From positions 28,892,001 through 28,956,000 of the forward strand of contig OZ024746.1 of the NCBI GenBank assembly GCA_964016885.1: DNA of 64,000 bases, read 5' to 3'. The stretch comes from Eledone cirrhosa. Lineage: Eukaryota. Positions 28,600-41,284 of the stretch are shown here, one piece after another. Positions within the stretch are counted from its first letter, which is position 1; the number at the start of each line of letters is the position of its first letter. The position numbers and the translations under genes are program-made. A model generated the notes under the pieces. The model did not search any database. It had not been told where the DNA came from and saw only the letters and a program-made list of their open reading frames with translations.

Positions 28600-28633
<34 letters not shown>

Positions 28634-28721
28634 ATGTATTTTGCAATACACTTTATGCTTAATTAAAAGCATTTTGAAGACCGTAAGCTATTGTTTTAAA
28701 GTAGTGACAAATTCACTCACT

Positions 28722-28818
28722 TTGATCTCAGCAAACAGGGTAGATGAGCCGACAATACATGTTTCGCTTTTGTTGAAGCTTATCAAGGCCAACTACCCCG
28801 CCTGTCTACTGAGATCAA
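28722..28818 (-). ncRNA. Extended type I hammerhead, U3-A8 core, array unit 1
   Basis: As unit 2, with stem III aca-tgtat-tgt and a GUC site. Confidence 0.7.
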
Positions 28819-29037
28819 TGATGTTATATTCTTATAGAAATCTAGTAAATAATCAGGAGCTGATTATGCAGAGCGGTTGTTGGTCAGGCAGAAATTAAAG
28901 ATTAGAATTGGAGCTCTGAAATAGCAATATATATATGGATGTATATATAATGTATTTTGCAATACACTTTATGCTTAATTAAAAGCATTTTAAAGACCGT
29001 AAGCTATTGTTTTAAAGTAGTGACAAATTCATTCACT

Positions 29038-29134
29038 TTGATCTCAGCAAACAGGGGAGATAAGCCGACATGACATGTTTCGCTTTTGTTGAAGCTTATC
29101 AAGGCCAACTACCCCGCCTGTCTACTGAGATCAA
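29038..29134 (-). ncRNA. Extended type I hammerhead, U3-A8 core, array unit 2
   Basis: Minus: ttgatctcagtagacagg cggggtagtt ggcc TTGATAA gctt caacaa aagc GAAA cat gtc atg TC ggct tatctcc cctgtttgctgagatcaa. Confidence 0.8.
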
Positions 29135-29353
29135 TGATGTTATATTATTATAGAAATCTAGTAAATAATCAGGAGCTGATTATGCAGAGCGGTTGTTGGT
29201 CAGGCAGAAATTAAAGATTAGAATTGGAGCTCTGAAATAGCAATATATATATGGATGTATATATAATGTATTTTGCAATACACTTTATGCTTAATTAAAA
29301 GCATTTTGAAGACCGTATGCTATTGTTTTAAAGTAGTGACAAATTCACTCACT

Positions 29354-29450
29354 TTGATCTCAGCAAACAGGGGAGATAAGCCGACATGACATGTTTCGCT
29401 TTTGTTGAAGCTTATCAAGGCCAACTACCCCGCCTGTCTACTGAGATCAA
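29354..29450 (-). ncRNA. Extended type I hammerhead, U3-A8 core, array unit 3
   Basis: Same motif as unit 2. Confidence 0.8.
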
Positions 29451-29668
29451 TGATGTTATATTCTTATAGAAATCTAGTAAATAATCAGGAGCTGATTATG
29501 CAGAGCGGTTGTTGGTCAGGCAGAAATTAAAATTAGAATTGGAGCTCTGAAATAGCAATATATATATGGATGTATATATAATGTATTTTGCAATACACTT
29601 TATGCTTAATTAAAAGCATTTTGAAGACCGTAAGCTATTGTTTTAAAGTAGTGACAAATTCACTCACT

Positions 29669-29765
29669 TTGATCTCAGCAAACAGGGGAGATAAGCCGAC
29701 ATGATATGTTTCGCTTTTGTTGAAGCTTATCAAGGCCAACTACCCCACCTGTCTACTGAGATCAA
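29669..29765 (-). ncRNA. Extended type I hammerhead, U3-A8 core, array unit 4
   Basis: Same motif; substitutions fall in loop III and a stem I bulge. Confidence 0.78.
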
Positions 29766-29983
29766 TGATGTTATATTCTTATAGAAATCTAGTAAATAAT
29801 CAGGAGCTGATTATGCAGAGCGGTTGTTGGTCAGGCAGAAATTAAAATTAGAATTGGAGCTCTGAAATAGCAATATATATATGGATGTATATATAATGTA
29901 TTTTGCAATACACTTTATGCTTAATTAAAAGCATTTTGAAGACCGTAAGCTATTGTTTTAAAGTAGTGACAAATTCACTCACT

Positions 29984-30080
29984 TTGATCTCAGCAAACAG
30001 GGGAGATAAGCCGACATGACATGTTTCGCATTTGTTGAAGCTTATCAAGGCCAACTACCCCGCCTGTCTACTGAGGTCAA
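29984..30080 (-). ncRNA. Extended type I hammerhead, U3-A8 core, array unit 5
   Basis: Same motif with one stem II and one distal stem I mismatch. Confidence 0.72.
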
Positions 30081-30299
30081 TGATGTTATATTCTTATAGA
30101 AATCTAGTAAATAATCAGGAGCTGATTATGCAGAGCGGTTGTTGGTCAGGCAGAAATTAAAAATTAGAATTGGAGCTCTGAAATAGCAATATATATATGG
30201 ATGTATATATAATGTATTTTGCAATACACTTTATGCTTAATTAAAAGCATTTTGAAGACCGTATGCTATTGTTTTAAAGTAGTGACAAATTCACTCACT

Positions 30300-30396
30300 T
30301 TGATCTCAGCAAACAGGGGAGATAAGCCGACATGACATGTTTCGCTTTTGTTGAAGCTTATCAAGGCCAACTACCCCGCCTGTCTACTGAGATCAA
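30300..30396 (-). ncRNA. Extended type I hammerhead, U3-A8 core, array unit 6
   Basis: Same motif as unit 2. Confidence 0.8.
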
Positions 30397-31021
30397 TGAT
30401 GTTATATTCTTATAGAAATCTAGTAAATAATCAGGAGCTGATTATGCAGAGCGGTTGTTGGTCAGGCAGAAATTAAAAATTAGAATTGGAGCTCTGAAAT
30501 AGCAATATATATATGGATGTATATATAATGTATTTTGCAATACACTTAAGCTTACGGTCTTCAAAATGCTTTTAATTAAGCATAAAGTGTATTGCAAATA
30601 GCTCCAATTCTAATATATATATATATATCAATTATATTAATAAATGGAAATTATATTTATAAAACCATATTTATTCTATTATATATTTTATAGTTAAGAT
30701 TTCAAGGGTACCAAAACTTTGGTACTCTCTTATCAGATAAAATACAAAGTTTGTTTTATAAATATTGACATATCAGGAACAAGATCTTAACAGTTCAAGT
30801 TTTTCCCTTTGCTTATATATATATATATATATAATCGTTTCACCATGTCACATTTTCAGCAACGAAAGGGCTTTGGCCAAAGATTCTTACTGAATTCGCA
30901 ACTATATCGATTGGGTGTAAAATGATAATGGTGATGATGATGAGGAGGAGGAGGGGGCGGGGTGGATACCTTAAAGAACTGAACATTTTCGGTAGTCACT
31001 GAATCTTATGTCATTCATTAT

Positions 31022-31210
31022 CAAGGCCTGCAATTTGAAGGGAAGGGGAAAGTTGATTAAATCCACCTCAGTCCGTTACTGGTACTTTTTTTATCAACCC
31101 CATAAGGATGAAAGGTAAAGCTAACCTCGACTGGATTTGAACTCAAAACGTAAAGGGCCATACCTATATGCCACAAATTATGTTGCACGATGCTCTGCCG
31201 ATATTGCCAA
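31022..31210 (-). mobile_element. tRNA-derived SINE copy (diverged)
   Basis: ctggtac..tttatcaaccccataaggatgaaaggtaaagctaacctcg..gatttgaactc. Confidence 0.65.
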
Positions 31211-31582
31211 ATGAAGACGATGACGTCGAGGACAACAATATCAACAGCAATAGCAACAAACCGCAACAGAAAAGCGTCTACTTTTATCAGATTTGTTTGA
31301 TTATGGACTCTTCAGAATATATCACTTTGTAATGAAGTTCTTTAAAGTGTGAAACTTAGCCATGAAACGAGGGCAAAAAATAAAAGATAAATTAAAAATG
31401 TAATTCTTAAAGCTATGTCTATATTTTTTTTACGAACGTCTGATATAGTTTATTGTTTGTCGACATTTTCCATGATCCAGACGGTGATAAATTAAAGAGT
31501 AATTAGTTATAGTAGTTTCCAGTTCAGCAAATGTTAATAAGTGAATCAATAAGTATAGAGAAAGAATATAGGAAACTTTATT

Positions 31583-31782
31583 NNNNNNNNNNNNNNNNNN
31601 NNNNNNNNNNNNNNNNNNNNNNNNNNNNNNNNNNNNNNNNNNNNNNNNNNNNNNNNNNNNNNNNNNNNNNNNNNNNNNNNNNNNNNNNNNNNNNNNNNNN
31701 NNNNNNNNNNNNNNNNNNNNNNNNNNNNNNNNNNNNNNNNNNNNNNNNNNNNNNNNNNNNNNNNNNNNNNNNNNNNNNNNNN
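31583..31782. other. Assembly gap (200 N)
   Basis: Run of n. Confidence 1.
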
Positions 31783-34260
31783 TGTTGAAGATATATTTAT
31801 ATTTTTCTTGACTTTTAGTAAAATGTGTCTCTTTCTAATTAAGAATATATATTAGAAGACTGATAAGAAAGTAGAATAAAACGAAAGATAATAAAATATA
31901 AAATAAAACAAAATGATAATGGTAAAAATGGTAAAAATAAGAAGAAAGTAAAGAAAGTAAAGAACAAAGAAGAAAGAAATGTTAAATATAATAAGGTAGT
32001 GAAATGGAAAGAGAGAGAGAACTGTTGAAAAATATAACATCAAAGAGAAATTTGCATAGAGAATTGTCTATGGCGAAATGATTAAATTTGCCGTTCGTAT
32101 TATTTGTGTAAGAATATTAAGTTTTTCTGTACTTTTATCAAGCGCCGATAGTAGAAGCAGTGAATAGCTATCATCAAATTAGTAATGGGTCATATCTACT
32201 CGTAGAGTAATTTTTAGCCTGACAAATTATACTTTTCATTTTGCTTGTAACAAAAATATAAAATAATAAAAAAGATAAATGAAATTTCAATAGAAATGTT
32301 ATTAGGCCTTATGGATAAAACTTTACAGATATGTAAGTATGTAGAAAACATTGTGAAGAAAACATTATAAGATGATAAATTCACATAAAATACAAGCAAA
32401 ATAGTTATTATCATCAACCATTCGGTGTTAAAAAATAAAATATTTGGTTTATGATTACTTCTCAATGAAAATATTGACATGAATGTAGTTGAAAACGTTT
32501 GTAAATAGCATTTTACCTGAACATCTGCAAATAAAAATATATTTGAAAGGTGCCAACACATGATAACAAATCGAAATTGAAGAATTATATATAATAAATA
32601 TGTGTTTGAAATATCGTAGTAATTAAAACTTTCAAACATTAACTGAGCAATCAATACTAATGTATACAGTGTAGACATATTTTCTATACAGAAAAGTGAA
32701 TGTGACATCGAGGTTTCAGCTTGGTTTGTTCATTTATATGTTCGCAAATTAGGTCCATTCAACAGGGCTTTAAGCTATAGGAAAACTCGAAAGGAAAAAC
32801 CTTTTTTTCAACCCACCCACCCCAAAAAGGACAATAGCAAATACAGACTCATAAATAATCATCAGGATTGACTAGTGAATTTAAACCAATTTGATTCATA
32901 TATATTATCATTATTTTTAGTATCACTAGCAACGCCTGAAAAATGCAGAGTTGAAACAAGCTGGTAAATATATGGAAGAAGTTAACTTTCTCCCCGAGAA
33001 ATGTCCAAATGAATCTCTTTCATGAGATGAATGTGGCTTAATTTGTTTTTCCATGGCAGGTCTATCTAACCACAAACGATGTCCGACAAACATCGCAGTC
33101 TTCCAGTATGGTGAAATAACTAACTTCATGATTTGGGCTGGTCTTATATACCATAAAACCAGTTTAGCCCATGCATTGTGAGTGAAATTGGCTAGACGGA
33201 AACTGTTTGGAAGCTTGTTGGATAGATGATAACACTTATTCAAAGGCCAGCCTTGACACACATGTCACTTTGAATTTCCCTGAGAATTACGTTAAATACA
33301 CACGTGTCTGTGGAATGCTCAGTCGTTAATTTCATATGCAGGCTGTACTGTTAATTGAACAAGTGGAACACTCATCCCTGAAACATACAGAGGTCCATTC
33401 ATATAATAGTTATATATGGATAAAGACATAGAAATGTGAGTACATATATATACAGATATAGAATTACAGACAAAACAAGAGAAAAAAAAATAAAGAGAAA
33501 GAGAGAGTGTGTGTGTATGGTGTGGTGTAGGTTAAAAAAGACTAAGTAATCAGATGAGTGTAAAATTAACAAGTTTTATATCAGACAAAGACTGTAGAGA
33601 AGCTTTTAAGTTTGGCAAGTTAAGTTGATGAATGAACTTGGTTAAGTGAATAATACGTTAAACATATATGACATTAACATTGCAAATGAACAATGATTCA
33701 TTTCTGGCCGGATGTACTAAGTTGGTTTCTATCAAAACACAAGACTTTGCTTCAGTATTAAGAGAGAGATGATAAAAAGATAAAATTCAATATTGTGTAG
33801 AGGTATATGACAAAGGTAACGCTTTACGTTGGTCTTTCAACGGTATTTTCATCTCTTTAAATCGACATTTGTAGAAGCATTATGAAACAGTAAATAAATG
33901 TCATGTGTAATTTGAGTTCCGATTAAACTATACACAACAGTACTGTATCTTTGAGTTGGTAGGTAATAAGAAATATACGTCTACTTATGAGATTAAGTAA
34001 ATAGTGTTTATATATATATGTATATACACACACACATATATATATATATAATTATTTATTATATTAAGAGTACGTATTCCAAATAAATGTGTTTCACTAG
34101 ACCCTCTCAGATCCACAGTTTAGCCATATTGGAATTATGTCTGTAGGCGCAGTAAGGTGGTCCCTTCGTATCTGATGCGACATAACGAGCTTTAGAATCT
34201 GGTTGATCAATACTCCTTGACTATAATTTGGTAGACATAACCTCTGCGGAAACCTGTCGT

Positions 34261-34313
<53 letters not shown>

Positions 34314-34315
<2 letters not shown>

Positions 34316-34508
34316 AACGAGTAGGACCCCGACGGCTGAGCTCAAGCCGTTTCGACGGCTAATTCTGGACTAAACGAATTAGCCGTCGAAACGGCTTGAA
34401 CTCAGCCGTCGGGGTCCTACTCGTTCCTATTACCCACTCTACTACCCTAAGTATTGAGTACTTTGGTGCGTTATGGTCCACCTGGTTCCTTACCACATTT
34501 CCTTCATT
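34314..34508 (+). mobile_element. Family A hairpin element in (TA)n
   Basis: Hairpin ggaacgagtaggacccc...ggggtcctactcgttcc plus tail. Confidence 0.85.
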
Positions 34509-34546
34509 ATATATATAGATATATATATAAATGTATATATATATAC

Positions 34547-34702
<156 letters not shown>

Positions 34703-35722
34703 AATGGTTACAGTGGGTAAGTGTTTTACACATACCCCTAAGAGAACTACATACAGTTTAACAGTTTACTTGTAGTTTAAGAATATTATTGAAATAATTC
34801 TACTCTACTTTTCCATACACTTAGCAATTGTTTCTTCCCAGTTGTCAATCTTCTAACCTTTGAATCATTAGGAAGCTGTAGGGATTCGGATGTTTTGCAT
34901 AGGATCAACATTCGAACCTGACAGTAACTCTGCGAATGCCCCGAACATTGTTCACCACGTTGTGGCGCCTAATAACATAATGGCTACGTTTTATGACAGA
35001 AAATTGAGTTTACTACAATTAAATACCCGATGGATCGTAATATCATGGATTCGAATTCCGGAACAGGCAACGTATTGTGTTCTTGAGCAAGACACTTCAT
35101 TTTACGTTGCTTACTATAATAAGTCCAATGGCTCCGATAATTAAAATCACCATAAAAGCACATATTAGATGCAACCATTGTATATGTCCAGCTAACCATA
35201 CTTAGGAGTGAGCTGTAACAACAAAAACATGATAGGAATGTGGGCCCTATAATTAAAAGAGATGTAAACTCTCGTATGAGATGTATTCTGGCTGGAGGCC
35301 AGCTAAACTTACATAGGTGTGCGCTATAGAAAGACCAACATGTTAGGACTGAAGCCCCTATCATTAAAACGTCTTGGAAACCTTTTATGAAATACAATCT
35401 CTTAAGAAACCAGTTAATCCTACGAAGCTATGGGTGATAAAAGAAATGATAGGTCTGCAGTCCTTATCATTAAAATGCCATCGAAACTTCGAATAAGTTA
35501 CAATCTCGTAGGAAATGAACTAAACCTATATAGGTGTGGGCTGTCTATTTCATTTCATTTCATTTCAATTGTTCTATTATCTCCTCCTGTTTATTGTATT
35601 TGCTGTAGATAATTAAGTCTAGGCAAGTTTATGGTTGGTTAATCTTTAAAATGGATATATTTATATCTATCTATCTAGCTATTTATCTACAGCTTCACAC
35701 ATACACAGACACAACGTATATA

Positions 35723-35753
<31 letters not shown>

Positions 35754-35821
35754 TTATATATATACATATATATAGGTATATATATATATGTGTGTGTTTG
35801 TGTGTGTGTGTGTGTGTGTGC

Positions 35822-35859
<38 letters not shown>

Positions 35860-36379
35860 ATGTAATTATATATTGAAAGGTTGGACATTAAGGAGATCGT
35901 TAATCATCCCAGAACGGTGAGGTACTGATATGTTGGTTTATTAGATAAATTGTTATATTGTTAAGTTACATTATTACATTTTTAACACCAATTATTGGCA
36001 AGGTTTTTATATAATAGAAAAGACAGGACAAAGAATGTTTAGATGTTGTGTAGTCACCAAATATAATATAAAGTAACTTCTAATAGAGTATTAAGAGTTG
36101 TTGTAGACCACCACACCGCCCTTCAAACTGCGTATCTCGACTCATTGGTGGATCGCAGAAAAAATATAATGTATCCAGACATTAAGATAATATCTATAAA
36201 AATCTACAAAAATGCGCCACCATGCAGTTGCAGACCTTACTGTGGGTCCCAGTAAGTAAAATATGGTTGAAATGCCATCTCAATGAAACGTAGTCTATTT
36301 GTATAGATTGCAAATCCAGACGCTCGTCGTGTGGGATGTATATATATATATATATACATATATTTTTTTTTTGATACCC

Positions 36380-36430
36380 AGATTCCTGATGATTTCTAAA
36401 GAATGAAACAGTTCTAGTCCTGTAGAATCT
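36380..36430 (+). ncRNA. Type I hammerhead ribozyme (family E, element about 36370-36516)
   Basis: agattc CTGATGA t ttc taaa gaa t GAAA cag ttctagtc ctg TA gaatct; perfect 6 bp stem I, GUA site. Confidence 0.85.
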
Positions 36431-36516
36431 CATCTATATTAAAACTTTTATACTCTGCTATGCATTGAGTACCTTACTTACTGTGGTTACCTCCGATTCA
36501 ACCAGGAATAACGTAC

Positions 36517-36549
<33 letters not shown>

Positions 36550-36843
36550 TAAAAAACAAAAAAACAAAAACAATAACGAAGAGTGCAGTACAAACAGTGT
36601 TGGTATTAGAATGTTGGCTTCAGAATGGCCGGGGGGGGGGGCGTTTCGAGCATAAATCCTTCATCAGGGGAAAAGTGCGAAGGAAAAGAGTTCCGACGGT
36701 GTGAGGGAGAGTGGTGGAAAGACATTAAAAGGCGGCGGGGTTAAAAGGAAGGAAAAAAATTAAAATGAGTAATCCGCTGGTTAGACAGGATGGTAAAATA
36801 GCGCAGTCACTAGGCGTAGGCAAATATCCAGGGGTTCGAAATA

Positions 36844-36888
<45 letters not shown>

Positions 36889-36901
36889 GTATACATATAT
36901 A

Positions 36902-36963
<62 letters not shown>

Positions 36964-36981
36964 TATATATATATACATATG

Positions 36982-37070
<89 letters not shown>

Positions 37071-37284
37071 ACAGGGAGAATGAGACGATTATTAGGAAGA
37101 AAAATATATTTTTTTCCTTTTTTGTTTCTCTCTCTTTTTCTGGGTTAGAAAATGATTAAAACGAAATCTTTTACTTTGTGTGAGGTGTTAAGGTATTAGT
37201 TGATTTATTTATTATTTAACAATGGCATTTATTTATCTATTTAATATTTATCTATTTATATATTTATATATTTATCTATTTATA

Positions 37285-37336
<52 letters not shown>

Positions 37337-37470
37337 AAAGTTCTATTTAAAATTGTTGGGATACAACAAGTAAATATTTTTATAACTGATATAAAGCACT
37401 GGACAAGTATTTGGAGTAGATATACGATATTAATAAATGGAAACTATATTTATAAAACCATATTTATTTC

Positions 37471-37504
<34 letters not shown>

Positions 37505-37516
37505 GAAATAAATATG

Positions 37517-37638
<122 letters not shown>

Positions 37639-38072
37639 GAAAGACATAATTTTGTATTGAAAATTTTGGAAGTACGTTTATAAGTATGAATTTTTAATAG
37701 TTTTTGTATCTATCTCAGTGAACTAACGGTAGGTACTAGAGACGGTGGAGGTCCTGGTGTTGGGTTCGATCCTTGTCGAAAGGTATATGTAATCTTTTTT
37801 CAGTTTTCATGTGAGTGTGTGTGTGTGTGTGTTTGTGCTTACGTCTCTATCTTTGACCAGAAACTTACCAGTTAGACAAAAAGAAGCCGATAAAATACAT
37901 ACCAAAAGATTTACTGAAGGGATCAAATCAACCAAATCCCTTTAAAGCGGTGTCACAGCATGTTACACTTTGGTGCGAAAGGGTTAACGTTTGAAGCCTA
38001 TCTTATTATAAAACCGAGATAAGCTCCAGGCTTCGTCAAACCCATGCTAAAGAAAGAAAAACAGGCGTCTCC

Positions 38073-38255
38073 CGGTGGATTGGCAGTATCGGTAGAGGGT
38101 CGGACGCCATGCTTTGCAGCAAAGAGTTATGGCCCTTTATTGTCTGAGTTCAAATCCCGCCGAGGTTAACTTTGCCTTTTATCCTTACGGGTCGATAAAA
38201 TAAAGTACCAGTAATACACTGGGATAATTGCTGGCCTTTTGTCAAAAGTAGAAAT
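38073..38255 (+). mobile_element. tRNA-derived SINE with pol III A/B boxes and a Meta-domain-like core
   Basis: A box tggcagtatcgg, B box gagttcaaatcc, core gccttttatccttacgggtcgataaaataaagtaccag; about 9 copies in the window (also about 23950-24075, 39078-39172, 40015-40150). Confidence 0.8.
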
Positions 38256-38746
38256 AGTTATTTTGTTTGGCTAGGGTTGTGATTGATCTGAAATATGACG
38301 GGTTTGAGTATAATGGCTGGATTATTTATGACAACTCTGGTTTATAACTGGCTTGCTTTATGACACTACTATCAAAACTACGGCGAAGAATGACTGGATG
38401 ACATTGTTATGAGTGGTCTCAACAGGTTTATGATAGTTGTAGTTTATGACTGGTTTCGTTTACGAGTAGCTTGGTTTATTGTGATCAGGTTTGGTTGATT
38501 AACTTGCTTGGTCAGGCTGTTGAGGCTGGTTTAGTTATGATTAATCGGTGTCCTCTAACATAGCTGGTTGCTTCCAAAGTGAATTAAGTTGTTATAGTGA
38601 GCCGTGTCCTTTCATTGCACGGTTAAGTTTGCTGAAAAAGGTTTTCACATTACTCAATACTGTTTAGTTATAAATATGTATAAACACATTCGAATGATTA
38701 TGTTAGTTGTAATATCACTGGTGTAGGATAAAGTTTTAGTAGTACT

Positions 38747-38815
<69 letters not shown>

Positions 38816-39354
38816 ATATATATATTACATAATAGAATTGTTGCTTAGTTATAAATATATGTACATTCACGTTTGAGCGAGAACGAATAATTGTTATATC
38901 TATAATACCATTAGTATAAGACAAAGGTTTCGAAGCACCCATATATATATCACAGTATAAAATCTAAATTCTATATTTACAAGTGGATATACACATATAC
39001 ATTTAATATGTTTAGATATACACATATACATTTAATATGTTTAGCATAATCTAATGCAAAGCTGTACTTTGCAGCATAGTTAACCTTGCCTTTCATCCTT
39101 ATGGGGTCGATAAAATAAAGTACCAGTAATGCACTGGGATAATTGCTGGTCTTGTGCCAAAAGTAGCGACAATTATATTACGTATACATACGTATAGACA
39201 TAGAAACATTTATGTGTACATACATAAGTTAAAACGTACATATTTGCATAATACACACGCGTGGATGTGTGCATATTCTTACATACAAAAGCATACACAT
39301 TCACACACACACATATATATATCCATACACATACATGCATAGAATCATGCATAT

Positions 39355-39428
<74 letters not shown>

Positions 39429-39484
39429 TTATATACTTATATACATACATATATGTATGCATACATATACATACATACATACAT

Positions 39485-39562
<78 letters not shown>

Positions 39563-40282
39563 TAGGTGGTCACGGCTACAGAGAGAGACGCACGAGGTTC
39601 TCTTTTGTTGGCTTCGTTAATTACAGTATTCAGAGATAATAAAATAATATCTCTTCAATAACTGATGTTTATCTCTTCAATACAGTCAAGAGAAATTGTG
39701 AATCAGATCATAAATGCTGGGAATTTTCTCATAGATTCATCGACATTTCCATTTGAAGATTTTTCCCTTGTGTATTCTGTTTCTTTACTGTCAGTTAATG
39801 CTGTTAATATAATCAGCTTGAGACAATCGGTGGAAGTGTCGGTTTTGTTTTTTACTAAGTGATTTAGTCCAGTGATGAAGAACTAATGTTACCAACAGAA
39901 TCTGCTTCTAATTCTCCGATAATGTAACAATGGGGAATAATTTCAAACGTTAATAAGAACGGAAAGGGTTGAAATATCCAATGAAATATATAAAAACAAA
40001 AGTTGAAGTAAGAATGTTTCTAATTTAGACATGAGCAGCAATATTGTGGGCGAAAAAAGTCGCTTAAATTGACCCTAGTACATGTCTGGTACTTCATCTT
40101 ATCGATCCAAAAGGATAAAAATCAAACGTGTCCTCCGTGGGATTTGAACTTAATGACTGGACGACCTACCGAGACAGATCGACTCACATGTTGTTCCAAA
40201 GCCATTCTTATCATGTATTGGTCATATTTGGGACATTTCGTAAATTAATTATGCATTTTTAGGTGTCAACCAACAATAATTG

Positions 40283-40400
40283 TTTCTACTTTAGGCACAA
40301 GGCCAGCAATTACCCAGTGCATTACTGGTACTTTATTTTATCGACCCCGTAAGGATGAAAGGCAAAGTCAACCTCGGCGGGATTTGAACTCAGATCGTAA
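40283..40400 (-). mobile_element. tRNA-derived SINE, 5'-truncated
   Basis: Near identical to 58012-58130. Confidence 0.8.
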
Positions 40401-40935
40401 AAACGATAATGCTGATGATATCCATTGATATCTTACGATATCTGTGCTGTTGTACAAAACGTAGGTGTGCTGAGGAATATTTTTGAGTGGCCATAGTTTG
40501 CACAGAGATATCCCCACTTCGTAACATATGAGGTTGCTTTGGGGTGGCACATATATAAACAAAACAGAAACTTCTTAGACCTCAGGCTTTGTTTTCAGAA
40601 TTCACCATCCCTTAGATTAAAAAAAACCTACACACACACTCATACACATACATACACACGCATCAATATGTTAAACGATATAACAAATATATATATATAT
40701 ATATATATGTGTGTGTACGTATCAAATTAAAACGGGATTAAATCACCATTATTGCTTATGGCATTATATATAGTTCTGTTACATAGTTATTCATCTGACT
40801 TCGTCAGATGCTTGCGCAATGATTGGTGCACCTATGCACCTACCTGGGATAAACTACTGACGTGTAATGCTTTGGACCGTTAGGACCTGCTTATCATCAG
40901 GAAGTTACTAAGTAACGACTAAGATAACAACACTC

Positions 40936-41003
<68 letters not shown>

Positions 41004-41005
<2 letters not shown>

Positions 41006-41197
41006 CGAAGGAAATGTGGTAAGGAACCAAGTGGACCATAATGCACCAAATTACTCAATACTTAGGGTAGTAGAGTGGGTAATAGGAACGAGTAGGACCC
41101 CGACGGCTGAGCTCAAGCCGTTTCGATGGCTAATTCTCGGCCGGCTAATTAGCCGTCGAAACGGCTTGAGCTCAGCCGTCGGGGTCCTACTCGTTCC

Positions 41198-41198
<1 letters not shown>
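41004..41198 (-). mobile_element. Family A hairpin element in (TA)n
   Basis: Near identical to 28188-28380 with a different loop. Confidence 0.85.

Positions 41199-41284
<86 letters not shown>

Larger units (their letters stand above)
27441..28600 (+). mobile_element. 5'-truncated Penelope-like element (family D) with nested family A insertion
   Basis: GIY-YIG, 3' UTR with HHR, terminal ..tcccaagtataacaatatttgtttcgacacacg; both ends in (TA)n. Confidence 0.8.
28623..30614 (-). repeat. Tandem array of 315-316 bp units (6 full plus a partial) with one hammerhead per unit; retrozyme-like; terminal inversion 30549-30614
   Basis: Unit starts at 28623, 28939, 29255, 29570, 29885, 30201, 30517; near-identical units; (TA)n on both sides. 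Confidence 0.9.

Noticed and set aside
28623-30547. CRISPR-like array or coding repeat
   Set aside because: Units are identical along their whole length with no unique spacers; eukaryotic context; no ORF preserved across units
31531-31788. ORF spanning X residues
   Set aside because: Artefact of the N gap
32920-32965. Possible micro-exon (tttttag..gtaaat)
   Set aside because: Splice-like signals alone are common in AT-rich DNA; no recognisable peptide
36640-36672. Hammerhead-like core on the minus strand (ctgatgaagg..gaaacgcc)
   Set aside because: Stem II mismatched, UH site lost and no stem I partner; treated only as a decayed relative of the 11233 element
37718-37776. tRNA gene (B box ggttcgatcc)
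   Set aside because: No cloverleaf; probably a decayed SINE head
40855-40910. CTGATGA on the minus strand as a hammerhead
   Set aside because: No GAAA or convincing stems could be placed
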